Notes: generated by a model not told the origin, from the sequence alone. Positions 1 to 9,340 are shown, counted from the stretch's first letter. The stretch: 64,000 bases of DNA from Acidimicrobiales bacterium (GCA_035949055.1 DASZIO010000037.1:44346-108345); one strand, 5' to 3'. A program made the numbers and translations.

Positions 1-435
1 GTGGTGCTGGTCGGCCCCGACAGCCTGAGCACCGCCGCCACCGCCGAGCTTCGTTCGGTCGACAACATTCACCTACTCGGGCCCCGGCCCTACGAGACGA
101 TCCCCGCCTTCATGCAGCATGCCGACGTGGTGATCGTCCCCCACCTGGTCAATCCCTTCACCGAGAGCCTCGACCCGATCAAGGCCTACGAGTGCCTGGC
201 CGCCGGACGGCCCACCGTCGCCACTCCGGCGGCCGGCTTCCGCGAGCTCGGGCCGCCCGTCGTGATCGCCCAACGGGAGAAGTTCGTCGAGGCGGTCGAG
301 ACGGCCCTGGCCGGTGGCGGGACGGCCGGGCTCACCCTGTCGCTCTCCGACCCACCGGTCACATCGTGGCGGACGAGGGCCGAGGCCATGGTCTCGGTGA
401 TGGACGGGGTCCGCGCCGAGGCGGCGGGACGATGA
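1..435 (+). CDS. Glycosyltransferase family 1 (GT-B), C-terminal fragment entering from the left window edge
   Basis: The ORF is open at base 1. The translated C-terminal half (HADVVIVPHLVNPFTESLDPIKAYECLAAGRPTVATP) looks like the nucleotide-sugar binding region of GT1/GT4 enzymes. Stop is TGA 433-435. Confidence 0.65.
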   Translation: MVLVGPDSLSTAATAELRSVDNIHLLGPRPYETIPAFMQHADVVIVPHLVNPFTESLDPIKAYECLAAGRPTVATPAAGFRELGPPVVIAQREKFVEAVETALAGGGTAGLTLSLSDPPVTSWRTRAEAMVSVMDGVRAEAAGR

Positions 436-625
436 GCGCCTCGGCGGACGGCGCGGGGGCGGGGATGCCCCGGTTGGCGGCGGCCACGCCCTATCCTCGA
501 CCCGGGTTCGAGACCCCAGCCCGTCGCAACCATGGCCCCGACCAGCGACTCTCGGGCCGCCTCCATGCCGGAGGCATTCCCCCAACTCAAGCGAGCTCCC
601 TCTGACACTCCAGGAATTCCTCTCG

Positions 626-2233
626 GTGCTGTGGCGCAGGCGGCTGACCATCGTGGTCAGCGTGGTCGTGGCCGTCGCGGCCGCGCTCGCCTACTCGAAG
701 GTCCAGACGCCCAAGTACCAGTCGACCGCCCTCGTCCAGCAGGGGACCACCACCAACGGCAGCAGCGGCACCGGACAGAGCTCCTCACCGGTCAACCTGC
801 CCGATCCCGTCCAGGAGCTGGGCAGTACGGCGGTGCAGGTGCGGGCGGCGAAGATCCTGAACGACCCCGACCTGTCGGCGGTGGCATCGGCGGTCACCGG
901 TACGGCCGATGCGAACACCGGCACCTTGACCATCACCGCCAGTGGTTCCGACCCGGCCCGGGCCCGGGCCGTGGCCCAGGCCTATTCGCAGGCCTATGTG
1001 GACCAGATCCAGGCGGTGGTGCTGGCGCAGACCGACAAGATCAACGGGGAGCTGCAGTCGCTGCAGAACCAGATCTCCCAGCTCAACGGCAAGCCGACCA
1101 CCCCGGTGACCCAGGCCCAGATCCAGGGTCTCACCAGCTCGTACAGCTCGCTGCAGACCGAGCTCAGCAACATCACCTTCGGGGAGCCTTACGCCTCGAT
1201 CCAGGTCGCCGCCGGGCTGCCCGCCAAGCCTTCGGGTCTCAGTCGGTCCAAGCTGGTCGCCATCGGCGCCCTGGCCGGTCTGCTGGTGGGATGTGGCATC
1301 GCCCTCGGACGCGAGCAGTTCGATACGCGCTTGCGGGCCAGCCCGGACATCGAGGCCATCACCGAGGCGCCGATCCTGGCCGAGCTCCCCCAGGACCACG
1401 ACGTCAAAGGGGGGAAGGTCTCGATCGCCATGGTGCAGGCCCCCCAGTCGGCCATGGCGGAGTCGATCCGAGAACTGCGGACGAGCCTCCGGGTCATCCT
1501 CCACGACGCACCCTGTCCGGTCATGGTGGTCACCAGCCCCGAGGCGGGCGACGGGAAGACCTTCGTGACCGCCAACCTGGCGGCCGCCTGGGCGATGAGC
1601 GGGAGCAAGGTCGTCGTGGTCTCCGCCGATTTCCGGCGGCCGCGGCTCGAGGAGATCTTCGGGCTCGAGACGACCGGGCTGCCTGGTCTGGCCGACCTCA
1701 TCCGATCCAACTGGAAGGACGAGGACGAGGGGTCCGAGGCGGCCAGCGCCTTTCGCCACGCCCGGCAGGCGGAGGGCGCGGACAGGCCCTGGTCACCATC
1801 GGTTGCGTCGGACGCCCGCGACACCGTGGGCCGCCCGCCGGTCGGCCGCGCCGACAAGTCGTCGGTCGGCTCGCTGCTGGTGGAGAGCGGCATCTGGGGT
1901 CTCCAGGTCCTGCCGGCCGGCACCCAGCTCGAGAACCCCAGCGAGCTGTTCGGCAGCCCGGGGATGCAGCCGGTGCTCGATCAGCTCCCCTTGCTGGCCG
2001 ATATCGTCCTGATGGACACCCCCCCGGTGCTGGCCGTTCCCGACACCGCCATCCTGGGGAGCATGGCCTTCGGCGCGGTGGTCGTGGCCTCGGAGGGAAG
2101 GACGGGTCGCAGCGACCTCGAGCGGACCGTGCGGCGGCTCGAGGCCACCCACTGTCGGGTGCTGGGCGTGGCCGCCAACCGGGTCCGCCGCTCGGCCAAT
2201 GACCCCTACCAGTCCTACGCCCACAAGCAATGA
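626..2233 (+). CDS. Polysaccharide chain-length determinant (Wzz) fused to a BY-type tyrosine autokinase
   Basis: An N-terminal TM segment and a coiled region are followed by a second TM. Motifs: Walker A SPEAGDGKTF, Walker A' VVVVSADFRRP, Walker B IVLMDTPP. The C-terminal tail is DPYQSYAHKQ. The first canonical start is GTG 626, but the conserved N-terminal motif extends to CTG 602 (see findings). Confidence 0.85.
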   Translation: MLWRRRLTIVVSVVVAVAAALAYSKVQTPKYQSTALVQQGTTTNGSSGTGQSSSPVNLPDPVQELGSTAVQVRAAKILNDPDLSAVASAVTGTADANTGTLTITASGSDPARARAVAQAYSQAYVDQIQAVVLAQTDKINGELQSLQNQISQLNGKPTTPVTQAQIQGLTSSYSSLQTELSNITFGEPYASIQVAAGLPAKPSGLSRSKLVAIGALAGLLVGCGIALGREQFDTRLRASPDIEAITEAPILAELPQDHDVKGGKVSIAMVQAPQSAMAESIRELRTSLRVILHDAPCPVMVVTSPEAGDGKTFVTANLAAAWAMSGSKVVVVSADFRRPRLEEIFGLETTGLPGLADLIRSNWKDEDEGSEAASAFRHARQAEGADRPWSPSVASDARDTVGRPPVGRADKSSVGSLLVESGIWGLQVLPAGTQLENPSELFGSPGMQPVLDQLPLLADIVLMDTPPVLAVPDTAILGSMAFGAVVVASEGRTGRSDLERTVRRLEATHCRVLGVAANRVRRSANDPYQSYAHKQ

Positions 2234-2297
2234 GGCGGGCGGCGGCGGCCCGGGTCGGCCGGCCGATCGCCGTGTCGAGCCCGGGAGCAGCCGGCCG

Positions 2298-4208
2298 ATG
2301 ACACCGAACGTCGACGTGGTGGTGGTGGCGTTCGGCGCACCTGAGTTGCTCGAGGCCTGCCTCACCACGTTGGGAGACACCTACCCCGTCCTGGTGGTGG
2401 ACAACTCGTCCGACGCCGGGGTCCGCGCCGTCGCCGAGCACCACGGGGCCAGCTACGTCGACCCGGGGGCGAACCTGGGGTTCGCCGGCGGCGTCAATCT
2501 GGGCCTGGCCAAGCGCGAGCGGTCCTCCGCCGACGTGTTGTTGCTCAATCCCGACGCATCGATCTCGCCCGAGGGAGTGAGCCGGCTGGCGCACTTCCTT
2601 CACGCGTCGGACGGCGTGGCCTGCGTCGCACCCACGCAGGTCGACGCCGACGGGCGGGCGGCTCGCGTCGGCTGGCCCTTCCCCACCCCGATGGGGGCCT
2701 GGATCGAAGCGGTGGGCTTCGGCGCCCTGCGCCGCCACGCCGACTTCATGATCGGCTCGGTCCTGCTCATCCGCGCCACCGCCCTCGACGATGTCGGGCC
2801 GTTCGACGAGCGGTTCTTCCTCTACGCCGAGGAGACGGACTGGCAGCAACGGGCCCGGCGGCTCGGCTGGCGAGCCGCTCTGTGCCGTGAGGTCACCGCC
2901 GTCCACGTGGGGGCGGGGACCGGGGGCGACCCCGCCCGACGCGAGGTCCTGTTCCATGCCTCGGAGGAGCGCTACGTCCGCAAGTACCACGGACCGCTCG
3001 GCTGGTGGCTCTACCGGGCCGGGGCGATGGTCGGCGCGCTCATCCGCGCCCTCGTCCTCCGGGGTGACCGGAGCCGCCTGGCCGCGGCGCGGTTCCACCT
3101 CTACCGCCGCGGTCCGACCACGGTGGGGAGACGGCTCGGGCTGCTGCCGGACGGTGAGCCGCCGGGGACGGCGTGGGGGGCACCACGGCTCTCGGTCACC
3201 CACGTGGTGGTAACCGACGCCTTTGCCGGCGTGGAGCGGTACGTCTGCCGGGTGGCCGACGAGTTGGCCCGCCGGGGCCACGACGTCACGGTCATCGGCG
3301 GGGACCCGCGACGGATGCGGGATGAGCTCGACGACCGGGTGGCCTTCGGGCCCGCGCGTTCGCTGCCGCAGGCGGCCTGGACCCTCGGCCGGCCGCCTCG
3401 CACCGACCTCGTCCATGTGCACATGACCAAGGCCGAGATGGCGGCGTGGCTGGCGGACCCGCGCCACCGGGCTCCCATCGTCGCCACCCGCCACTTCGCC
3501 CGAGAGCGCGGCTCGAGCCCTCCGGCCCGGGCCGCCGCCCGGCTGTGTTCGCGCGCCTTCGCCCGGGACATCGCCATCAGCCGGTTCGTGGCGGGAACGG
3601 TCCGCGGGCCCACCGTCCTCATCCCCAACGGCGTGCCCGAACGCCCGGCGGCCGACCTCCGGTCGCCGGTGGTGGTCATGATGCAACGGCTCGACACCGA
3701 GAAGCTGCCCGACATCGGCATCCGGGCCTGGGCCCGGTCGAGGCTGGCGGACCGGGGATGGCGGCTGGTGGTGGCCGGGGTCGGGGACCTCGGCCCGGCC
3801 CTGGCCCGCCTGGCCGACGACCTCGGCGTGGCGGGCAGTGTCTGCTTTGCCGGCCAGGTGGAGGACACCGACCGTTTGCTGTCGGAGGCCTCCATCCTGC
3901 TGGCCCCGGCACCGGCCGAGCCGTTCGGGTTGTCGGTGGTGGAGGCCATGGCCCACGGTGTCCCGGTGGTGGCGGCCGACGGCGGCGCGCACCGCGAGAC
4001 CGTCGGCCAGGACGGGGTGCTCGTCCCGGCCGGTGATCCAGAGGCGGCGGCGGCGGCACTGGTGACGTTGAGTCGGGACCGTGCCCTCCGGCTGGCCGTG
4101 GGTGAACGCCTGCGGCGTCGCCAGCAGGAGTTGTTCTCCCTCGAGCGTCACGTCGACGAGCTCGAGTCGCTCTACCGGCTCGTCCTGGACGAAGCCGGAC
4201 CGCGCTAG
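2298..4208 (+). CDS. Bifunctional glycosyltransferase: GT2 (GT-A) N-terminal domain fused to GT4 (GT-B) C-terminal domain
   Basis: The N-terminal half (VDVVVVAFGAPELL...VVDNSSD...FFLYAEETDW) is GT2-like. The C-terminal half (VTHVVVTDAFAGVERYV...EPFGLSVVEAMAHGVPVVA) is GT4-like. The ORF is open from 2199; ATG 2298 was chosen because it sits directly before the GT2 core. Confidence 0.8.
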   Translation: MTPNVDVVVVAFGAPELLEACLTTLGDTYPVLVVDNSSDAGVRAVAEHHGASYVDPGANLGFAGGVNLGLAKRERSSADVLLLNPDASISPEGVSRLAHFLHASDGVACVAPTQVDADGRAARVGWPFPTPMGAWIEAVGFGALRRHADFMIGSVLLIRATALDDVGPFDERFFLYAEETDWQQRARRLGWRAALCREVTAVHVGAGTGGDPARREVLFHASEERYVRKYHGPLGWWLYRAGAMVGALIRALVLRGDRSRLAAARFHLYRRGPTTVGRRLGLLPDGEPPGTAWGAPRLSVTHVVVTDAFAGVERYVCRVADELARRGHDVTVIGGDPRRMRDELDDRVAFGPARSLPQAAWTLGRPPRTDLVHVHMTKAEMAAWLADPRHRAPIVATRHFARERGSSPPARAAARLCSRAFARDIAISRFVAGTVRGPTVLIPNGVPERPAADLRSPVVVMMQRLDTEKLPDIGIRAWARSRLADRGWRLVVAGVGDLGPALARLADDLGVAGSVCFAGQVEDTDRLLSEASILLAPAPAEPFGLSVVEAMAHGVPVVAADGGAHRETVGQDGVLVPAGDPEAAAAALVTLSRDRALRLAVGERLRRRQQELFSLERHVDELESLYRLVLDEAGPR

Positions 4209-5389
4209 TCGCCGACCCCCGTTCGGGCCGTGTCACGGTACAGAGCCATCTGATCGCGGGCCACGCTGGCCCACGAGTAGCTGGCCACGCCGGCCAGGCC
4301 TCGTTCCCTCAGACGCGCCCAGAGTTCGGGTTCCTCGAGGAACCGGCCGAGGGCGGCCCGAAGTGATGCCGGATCGTTCGGGGGCACGAGCAGGCCGCTG
4401 TCACCGACCACCTCGGGGAGGGCCCCGCTCGCACTGGCGACCACCGGAACGCCGGATGCCTGAGCCTCGACGACCACCCGTCCGAATTGCTCCACCCAAC
4501 CGGGAAGAGGCACCGACGGGACGGCCAGCACGTCGAACCGCGGGTAGACCTCGGGCAGGGCGGCCTCGTCCACGTGGCCGTGGAACGTGACGCGATCGGC
4601 CACACCGAGGCGGCCGGCCAGGCCGGCCAGGTTTTCCGACTCGGGTCCCGCCCCGAAGACGTCGATGGCGATACGACGATCGGGGGCCGCCGCCTCCAGT
4701 AGGACGTCCAGTCCCTTGTGCCGGATGAGCCGACCGACGAACCCGACGCGCAGGGTTCGACTCGGGGGGCGACGCGGCACCGGCCGGAACCGCTCGACGT
4801 CGACCCCGAGCGGTAACAGGACCAGCTCGCCGGCCAGGCCCTTGCGCCGAAGGATGAGGCCGGCCTCGCGGTTGCAGGTGTAGGCGCCGGCCGCCCGGGA
4901 AAGGGCCCAGCGTTCGAACCAGCGGAAGGGCGGTGGGTAACGCTTGTCGATGTTCTGGGCCGACGACACCACGAAGGGCGCGCCGGAGGCCCGCAGCCGG
5001 ATGAGCAGGAGCACCTCGGCCACCGCCAGGCCGAACGGCTCCTCGTGCAGGTCGACCAGGTCCCACCGGCGCGAACCGAGCATTCGCCACAGGGGGCGCG
5101 GGTCGTAGAGGAACAGGTTGGGATGACGGCCGATGGTCTTGACCGGCACCACGAATTCGTCCCCATCGGGAACGAACTCGACGACCGATCCACCCTCCTC
5201 CCAGCGGGCCGCGGCCACGAGGGTCAGGTCGGCCCCGAGGTGGCGGAGCTGGCGCTCACGCTCGCGCCAGGCGGTGACCACCCCGCTCTTCGAGATGCGG
5301 AGGACCCGCAGCCCAGGTGCCCGGGCCTTCCCCGGATCGTCCTTCGGAGGCCGTGACACGCGGGGCATGGTACTCGGGGACGGATTCAC
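4205..5389 (-). CDS. Glycosyltransferase family 4
   Basis: 394-aa ORF. Motifs RVGFVGRLIRHKGLDVLLEA and VEQFGRVVVEAQASGVPVVAS are typical of GT4 retaining enzymes. Confidence 0.8.
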   Translation of the reverse strand: MNPSPSTMPRVSRPPKDDPGKARAPGLRVLRISKSGVVTAWRERERQLRHLGADLTLVAAARWEEGGSVVEFVPDGDEFVVPVKTIGRHPNLFLYDPRPLWRMLGSRRWDLVDLHEEPFGLAVAEVLLLIRLRASGAPFVVSSAQNIDKRYPPPFRWFERWALSRAAGAYTCNREAGLILRRKGLAGELVLLPLGVDVERFRPVPRRPPSRTLRVGFVGRLIRHKGLDVLLEAAAPDRRIAIDVFGAGPESENLAGLAGRLGVADRVTFHGHVDEAALPEVYPRFDVLAVPSVPLPGWVEQFGRVVVEAQASGVPVVASASGALPEVVGDSGLLVPPNDPASLRAALGRFLEEPELWARLRERGLAGVASYSWASVARDQMALYRDTARTGVGD

Positions 5390-5434
5390 CTCCGCGGTCC
5401 ACCGCGGCCGGGGAGATGCAGTAGTGGTGGAGCC

Positions 5435-6007
5435 TCAGCCGGCCGGTGGCGCCGCGGCGTCGGACCCACGAGTCCGGTGGCGGATGACCCGAGCGGGTAT
5501 CCCAACGGCCACGCAGTCCGCCGGTAGGTCGCCGGTCACCACGGCGTGCGCGCCCACCACGGTGTTGGATCCGATGGTCACACCCTTGGTCACGGTGACC
5601 TTTCCCCCGATCCAGACATTGTCGCCGATACGGATGGGCGCGGTGGCCCGGCCCTGCTCGATGATCGGTGTGGTGGATGAGGAGAACGCGTGGTCGTGGT
5701 CGCGGATCGCCACCATCTCGGCGATGAGGCAGTCACGACCGATGGAGATCGCTTGGTCGGAGGCCAGGGTGCAGCGGTGACCGAACACAGTACGCTCCCC
5801 CACCTCGAGCCGGCCGCGGCACTCCAGGGTGAGCCCGTGGTCGAGCACGCAGTGCGGCCCAAAGCTGACGTGGGCATCTCGGGCCACCAAGAACCGTGCG
5901 CCGCGGCCCACGTCGCAACGGGAGCCGAACCGGACGCGGGGATGGCGGAGGCGGGCGAGCACGAGGCCGGCGCGACGGCGCACGAAGCCCCGGGCCCGAT
6001 GGAGCAC
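5435..6007 (-). CDS. Hexapeptide-repeat (LbH) O-acetyltransferase, WbbJ/maltose acetyltransferase-like
   Basis: The C-terminal 190 aa of the 311-aa ORF carry left-handed beta-helix repeats (IGDNVWIGGKVTVTKGVTIGSNTVVGAHAVV). Start is set at GTG 6007; GTG 6082 is an alternative. The upstream part of the ORF overlaps the neighbouring gene and is Arg/Pro-rich. Confidence 0.7.
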   Translation of the reverse strand: MLHRARGFVRRRAGLVLARLRHPRVRFGSRCDVGRGARFLVARDAHVSFGPHCVLDHGLTLECRGRLEVGERTVFGHRCTLASDQAISIGRDCLIAEMVAIRDHDHAFSSSTTPIIEQGRATAPIRIGDNVWIGGKVTVTKGVTIGSNTVVGAHAVVTGDLPADCVAVGIPARVIRHRTRGSDAAAPPAG

Positions 6008-6149
6008 GCCGAAATCCTCACGCGGACCGGCGCGCACCGGCGGGGCACCGACCGCCTCGGGGCGCCTGCTCGACCGGTCCACCCCGGAGACCCTACTGGC
6101 GCGCGGCGCGGCCGCAACTGATGCCGGAGAGCGCGACTGCCCGCGGCGT

Positions 6150-7901
6150 TCACCACCGGATGGTGGTGGCCGAGTCCGGTACCGCGGAGCCGTTGAACGT
6201 CCACATCTCGGGAGGGATGCGGGCCGAGGGGAGGACGGCCATCGATCCGTGGCTGCCGGGCATCGTGTAGGAGATGTGCACCGTCGAGGTGGTTCCGGCC
6301 GCGACGGTGATCGGCGCGGCCAGCACCCAGGTCGGTCCCTCGGCCCCCTTGACGGCCAACGGGCCGGCACCGGTCATGGTGATGCGCGAGGCCGCGGCGG
6401 GCAGGTTGACCCCCACCAGGCCGCGGTAGCCCCCGTAGCTGACCGGTACCCCGGGGAACGGTCCGGCGATGAACTGCGATTCCCCCGCTGGAGTGTTGTT
6501 GACCACGCGGACCGTCATCTGGACCCCGGTGTCGGGGCCGGAGCGAGTCGTGGATGCCGTCACCTGGACCGGCACGAACTGGTCGAGCTTGTTGCCGCCC
6601 AGATTGATCAACGACACGCCGACCGAGCGCTCGGTGAGGCTGCCACTGGCACCGCTCGCCACCCAGGCCGCCTGGTCGGCCGGGTTGCTCGACCAGATCA
6701 TGAGGTGACGACCGGCGACGGCCCCGGACATGGCCTTGGCCAGGGTGGTGATGTCGATGGTCTGGCCCTGGAGCTGGTCGAGCACGGCTCGCGACAGGGC
6801 GCCGAGCTCGTCCTGACGGTCATTGGCATCGGCGGCGTTGTCGGTCAACCCGGCGTACTGGTCGTGGAGCAGGAATTGCTCGACGTTGTCGGCGCTCACG
6901 GTCTGCCCGTCGGCCACCACCGGACCGGTGGCTTCGAGCAGCTGCTGGAGGCCGGCGACGTCGAGCGCGATCACCCCGTTCACCGGCTGGCCGGTCAGGG
7001 TGGTCCACATACGAGCGGCGAGCGGCGCGGTCACGTCGAACTGCGGGGTGAGGCCCAGGTTGCGCAAGTCGAGACTGGGGTTGAGCCAGCCCCAGTTCCG
7101 CTGGAGGTCGCCGGTGACCGGCACGGCCCCGACCGGGAGGGTGTGCTCGCCCGACGGCTCGAACGAGCCCATGTGCACCGACCCGTCGGAGGTCGTCGCG
7201 GTGCCGACGTCGAGAAAGGCCCCGGATCCGGCGCGCATCTCGGCATTGTTGGACGCGAGGACGAGGTAGGTCTGGGGCCCCTGGAGGATGGTGGCGACGG
7301 CCGCCGATACGTTTGCCGAGTTGGCCAGGCGGGAACGCGCCTCGTCGAGCTGGCCGATGAACTCGTCGTGCTTCGAGGCGAGCGGCGCCACCAGGGCCTG
7401 TGACGGACCGGTGTCGACGCGGGCCAGTTGTCGCCCCGCGGAACGCGAGACGGCGGACAGGTCTTGCAGCGAGGTGACCCGATCGGGGCCGGCGCCGTGC
7501 GGTTGATGGAGCACCCCGTGGACCTGGGTGATGAACGAGGAGCCCACGCCGGACACGGCACCGGCCGCCGAGCTCAGGGCCCGCACGGAGCGCAGCTGCC
7601 GCCCGACGACCGGGACGATGGTGATCGGGCCGAACAGGGGCGACGACAGGTCGGCGCTGGCGGCGTCGAACTGGGCGCGCGCGCCCACCAGTCGGTCCAC
7701 GGAGGCCGTGGAGGTGAGGTCGTCCGGGCCGAGCTCGGACCTCACCTGCTGGAGGGCGGTCAGGCCTTGCTGATCATGGTGATACGCAGAGACTGCTTTG
7801 GCCGCCAGGATCGCCATCCACACCAGAACGACGACGACAGCGGTGCCGCCGATCAGCCACCTGCGCCGCCGACGGCTGTCTCTCTTGCCCATGGCAACCA
7901 C
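6150..7901 (-). CDS. DUF4012-like membrane-anchored protein of envelope polysaccharide clusters
   Basis: 583 aa with an N-terminal Arg-rich tail plus a TM (RRRRRWLIGGTAVVVVLVWMAILAA). The central motif YLVLASNNAEMRAGSGAFLDVG resembles the DUF4012 NNAE(L/M)R signature. ATG 7892 is an alternative start. Confidence 0.6.
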   Translation of the reverse strand: MVAMGKRDSRRRRRWLIGGTAVVVVLVWMAILAAKAVSAYHHDQQGLTALQQVRSELGPDDLTSTASVDRLVGARAQFDAASADLSSPLFGPITIVPVVGRQLRSVRALSSAAGAVSGVGSSFITQVHGVLHQPHGAGPDRVTSLQDLSAVSRSAGRQLARVDTGPSQALVAPLASKHDEFIGQLDEARSRLANSANVSAAVATILQGPQTYLVLASNNAEMRAGSGAFLDVGTATTSDGSVHMGSFEPSGEHTLPVGAVPVTGDLQRNWGWLNPSLDLRNLGLTPQFDVTAPLAARMWTTLTGQPVNGVIALDVAGLQQLLEATGPVVADGQTVSADNVEQFLLHDQYAGLTDNAADANDRQDELGALSRAVLDQLQGQTIDITTLAKAMSGAVAGRHLMIWSSNPADQAAWVASGASGSLTERSVGVSLINLGGNKLDQFVPVQVTASTTRSGPDTGVQMTVRVVNNTPAGESQFIAGPFPGVPVSYGGYRGLVGVNLPAAASRITMTGAGPLAVKGAEGPTWVLAAPITVAAGTTSTVHISYTMPGSHGSMAVLPSARIPPEMWTFNGSAVPDSATTIRW

Positions 7902-8111
7902 ACGCCACTGTTCGTGCCGGGTATGCGTGCCCTCGCAGGTGCCCGGCGCTCCGGCGAGACGGACAAGGGCCTGACCGACGCGATGGTACCGGAGGGTCCG
8001 AGCGCGCTGGTGTCATACTCCCGGGTCACGTAGGGTGACTCCGCTCACCCGCGGTGTGGGAAACAGCGACCTGCCCGGGCACTGGCTGCTGCCACCACTA
8101 GCATCGTCACG

Positions 8112-9020
8112 GTGTTCACGGCCATCCGGATGGCAGTCGGGCGGGTGGTGTTGGTCGCCGGAGTGTTGGTGCTCCTGTTCATCCCCTACCTCCTGTGGGG
8201 AACGGGACTGCTGACCGCGCAGAGCCAGGCCCGGCTCCGAGCCACGTTCAGCACCGACCAGCGGTTGGTCAAATCTGTTCCCGCCCAGCACCTCGTGGCG
8301 CCCCGAGCCGATGTCAACCCCGAGCCGCCGCAGGTGGCCCCGACCACGGCCGATCCGCCGGTGGGCAGCCCGGTCGGCACCATCGTGATACCGAAGATCA
8401 ATCTGTCGATGATGGTGGTGGAGGGAACCGACGAGGCCCAACTGGCCCAAGGACCGGGCCACTATCCGGGCACACCGCTACCCGGTGAGGCGGGTAACGC
8501 GGCCATCGCCGGGCACCGGACCACCTATCTGCACCCGTTCTACAGCCTGGACGCGTTGGCGCCCGGAGACCCGATCTGGATCACCACCCTCCAGGGGGTC
8601 TTCATCTACCGCATGATCCTGCAGCAGGTGGTCAGCCCGACCGATGTGGCGGTGGTCGACCCCACGCCCGAACCCGAACTCACCCTCACCACCTGCAATC
8701 CGCGCTACAGCGCCAGCCAGCGCCTGGTGGTCCACGCCGTGCTGGTAGCGAGCGCCCTGGCCCATCCCGATCCCGTAGCCGTGGCCGCCACCGTCACTCG
8801 TCACAGCACGCCGGTGGAGACGGCGCCGTCCAAGGACTGGCTGGCTGCATCGCTGTGGGGCGTGGCGGTCGCCGCCCTGATCACCGGGGTGTGGGTCGCA
8901 GCCCGCCGGACCCGGCGGGGGGCGCGTGCCTCGGTGATCGTCGGCGGCGCGGTCGCCTGGCTGGTAGTGGTGTTCTTCTTCTTCCAGTCGGTAGCGCCAT
9001 TGCTACCGGCCAGCTTCTGA
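8112..9020 (+). CDS. Sortase (actinobacterial housekeeping/class E-like) with N-terminal TM and two extra C-terminal TM helices
   Basis: Catalytic His is in AIAGHRTTY, Cys in LTLTTCNP and Arg in ASQRLVVHA. An N-terminal TM is present. The C-terminal hydrophobic stretches are LWGVAVAALITGVWVAA and VIVGGAVAWLVVVFFFF. Confidence 0.85.
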   Translation: MFTAIRMAVGRVVLVAGVLVLLFIPYLLWGTGLLTAQSQARLRATFSTDQRLVKSVPAQHLVAPRADVNPEPPQVAPTTADPPVGSPVGTIVIPKINLSMMVVEGTDEAQLAQGPGHYPGTPLPGEAGNAAIAGHRTTYLHPFYSLDALAPGDPIWITTLQGVFIYRMILQQVVSPTDVAVVDPTPEPELTLTTCNPRYSASQRLVVHAVLVASALAHPDPVAVAATVTRHSTPVETAPSKDWLAASLWGVAVAALITGVWVAARRTRRGARASVIVGGAVAWLVVVFFFFQSVAPLLPASF

Positions 9021-9028
9021 GGGTCGCC

Positions 9029-9340
9029 TCAGGCGGTGCGGCGGCGGCGGCGGAGCAGGAGCCCACCGGCCAGCACGCCGGCCACGCCGACGACCGCCAT
9101 GCCCTCGAAGTCCGCACCGGTGAAGGGAAGACTGGTCGTCCCACCCCCGGGTGTCGGGTCGTGATGCGGCACGGCCAGTGCCTGACTGGTCGCGTTGCCG
9201 GCCACGGTCGGCGTGGTCACGCAACTCGGTTGGGTCATCGATCCCACCGAGGTGCATTCGGCTGCACCCGCCGTTCCCGACACCGTGGCGATCGAGGCCA
9301 CGGCCAATCCAGATGCGACTATCAGTCGTCTTGCCCACAT
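9029..9340 (-). CDS. Small LPXTG-type cell-wall-anchored peptide (LPFTG sorting signal)
   Basis: 103 aa. It has a signal peptide ending TAGAAE and a sorting signal LPFTG, followed by a hydrophobic stretch (MAVVGVAGVLAGGLLL) and an RRRRR tail. A GAAGGG SD-like element lies upstream of the ATG. Confidence 0.75.
   Translation of the reverse strand: MWARRLIVASGLAVASIATVSGTAGAAECTSVGSMTQPSCVTTPTVAGNATSQALAVPHHDPTPGGGTTSLPFTGADFEGMAVVGVAGVLAGGLLLRRRRRTA

Noticed and set aside
495-525. tRNA-like T-arm (GGGTTCGAGACCC)
   Set aside because: Only 3 bp of T-stem can pair. No acceptor, D or anticodon arms can be built from the flanks.
1698-4151. 817-aa ORF on the minus strand
   Set aside because: It is antisense to the BY-kinase and GT2-GT4 genes, which have clear motifs. 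Its translation is Arg/Pro/Gly-dominated with no recognisable domain, as expected for a GC-rich shadow ORF.
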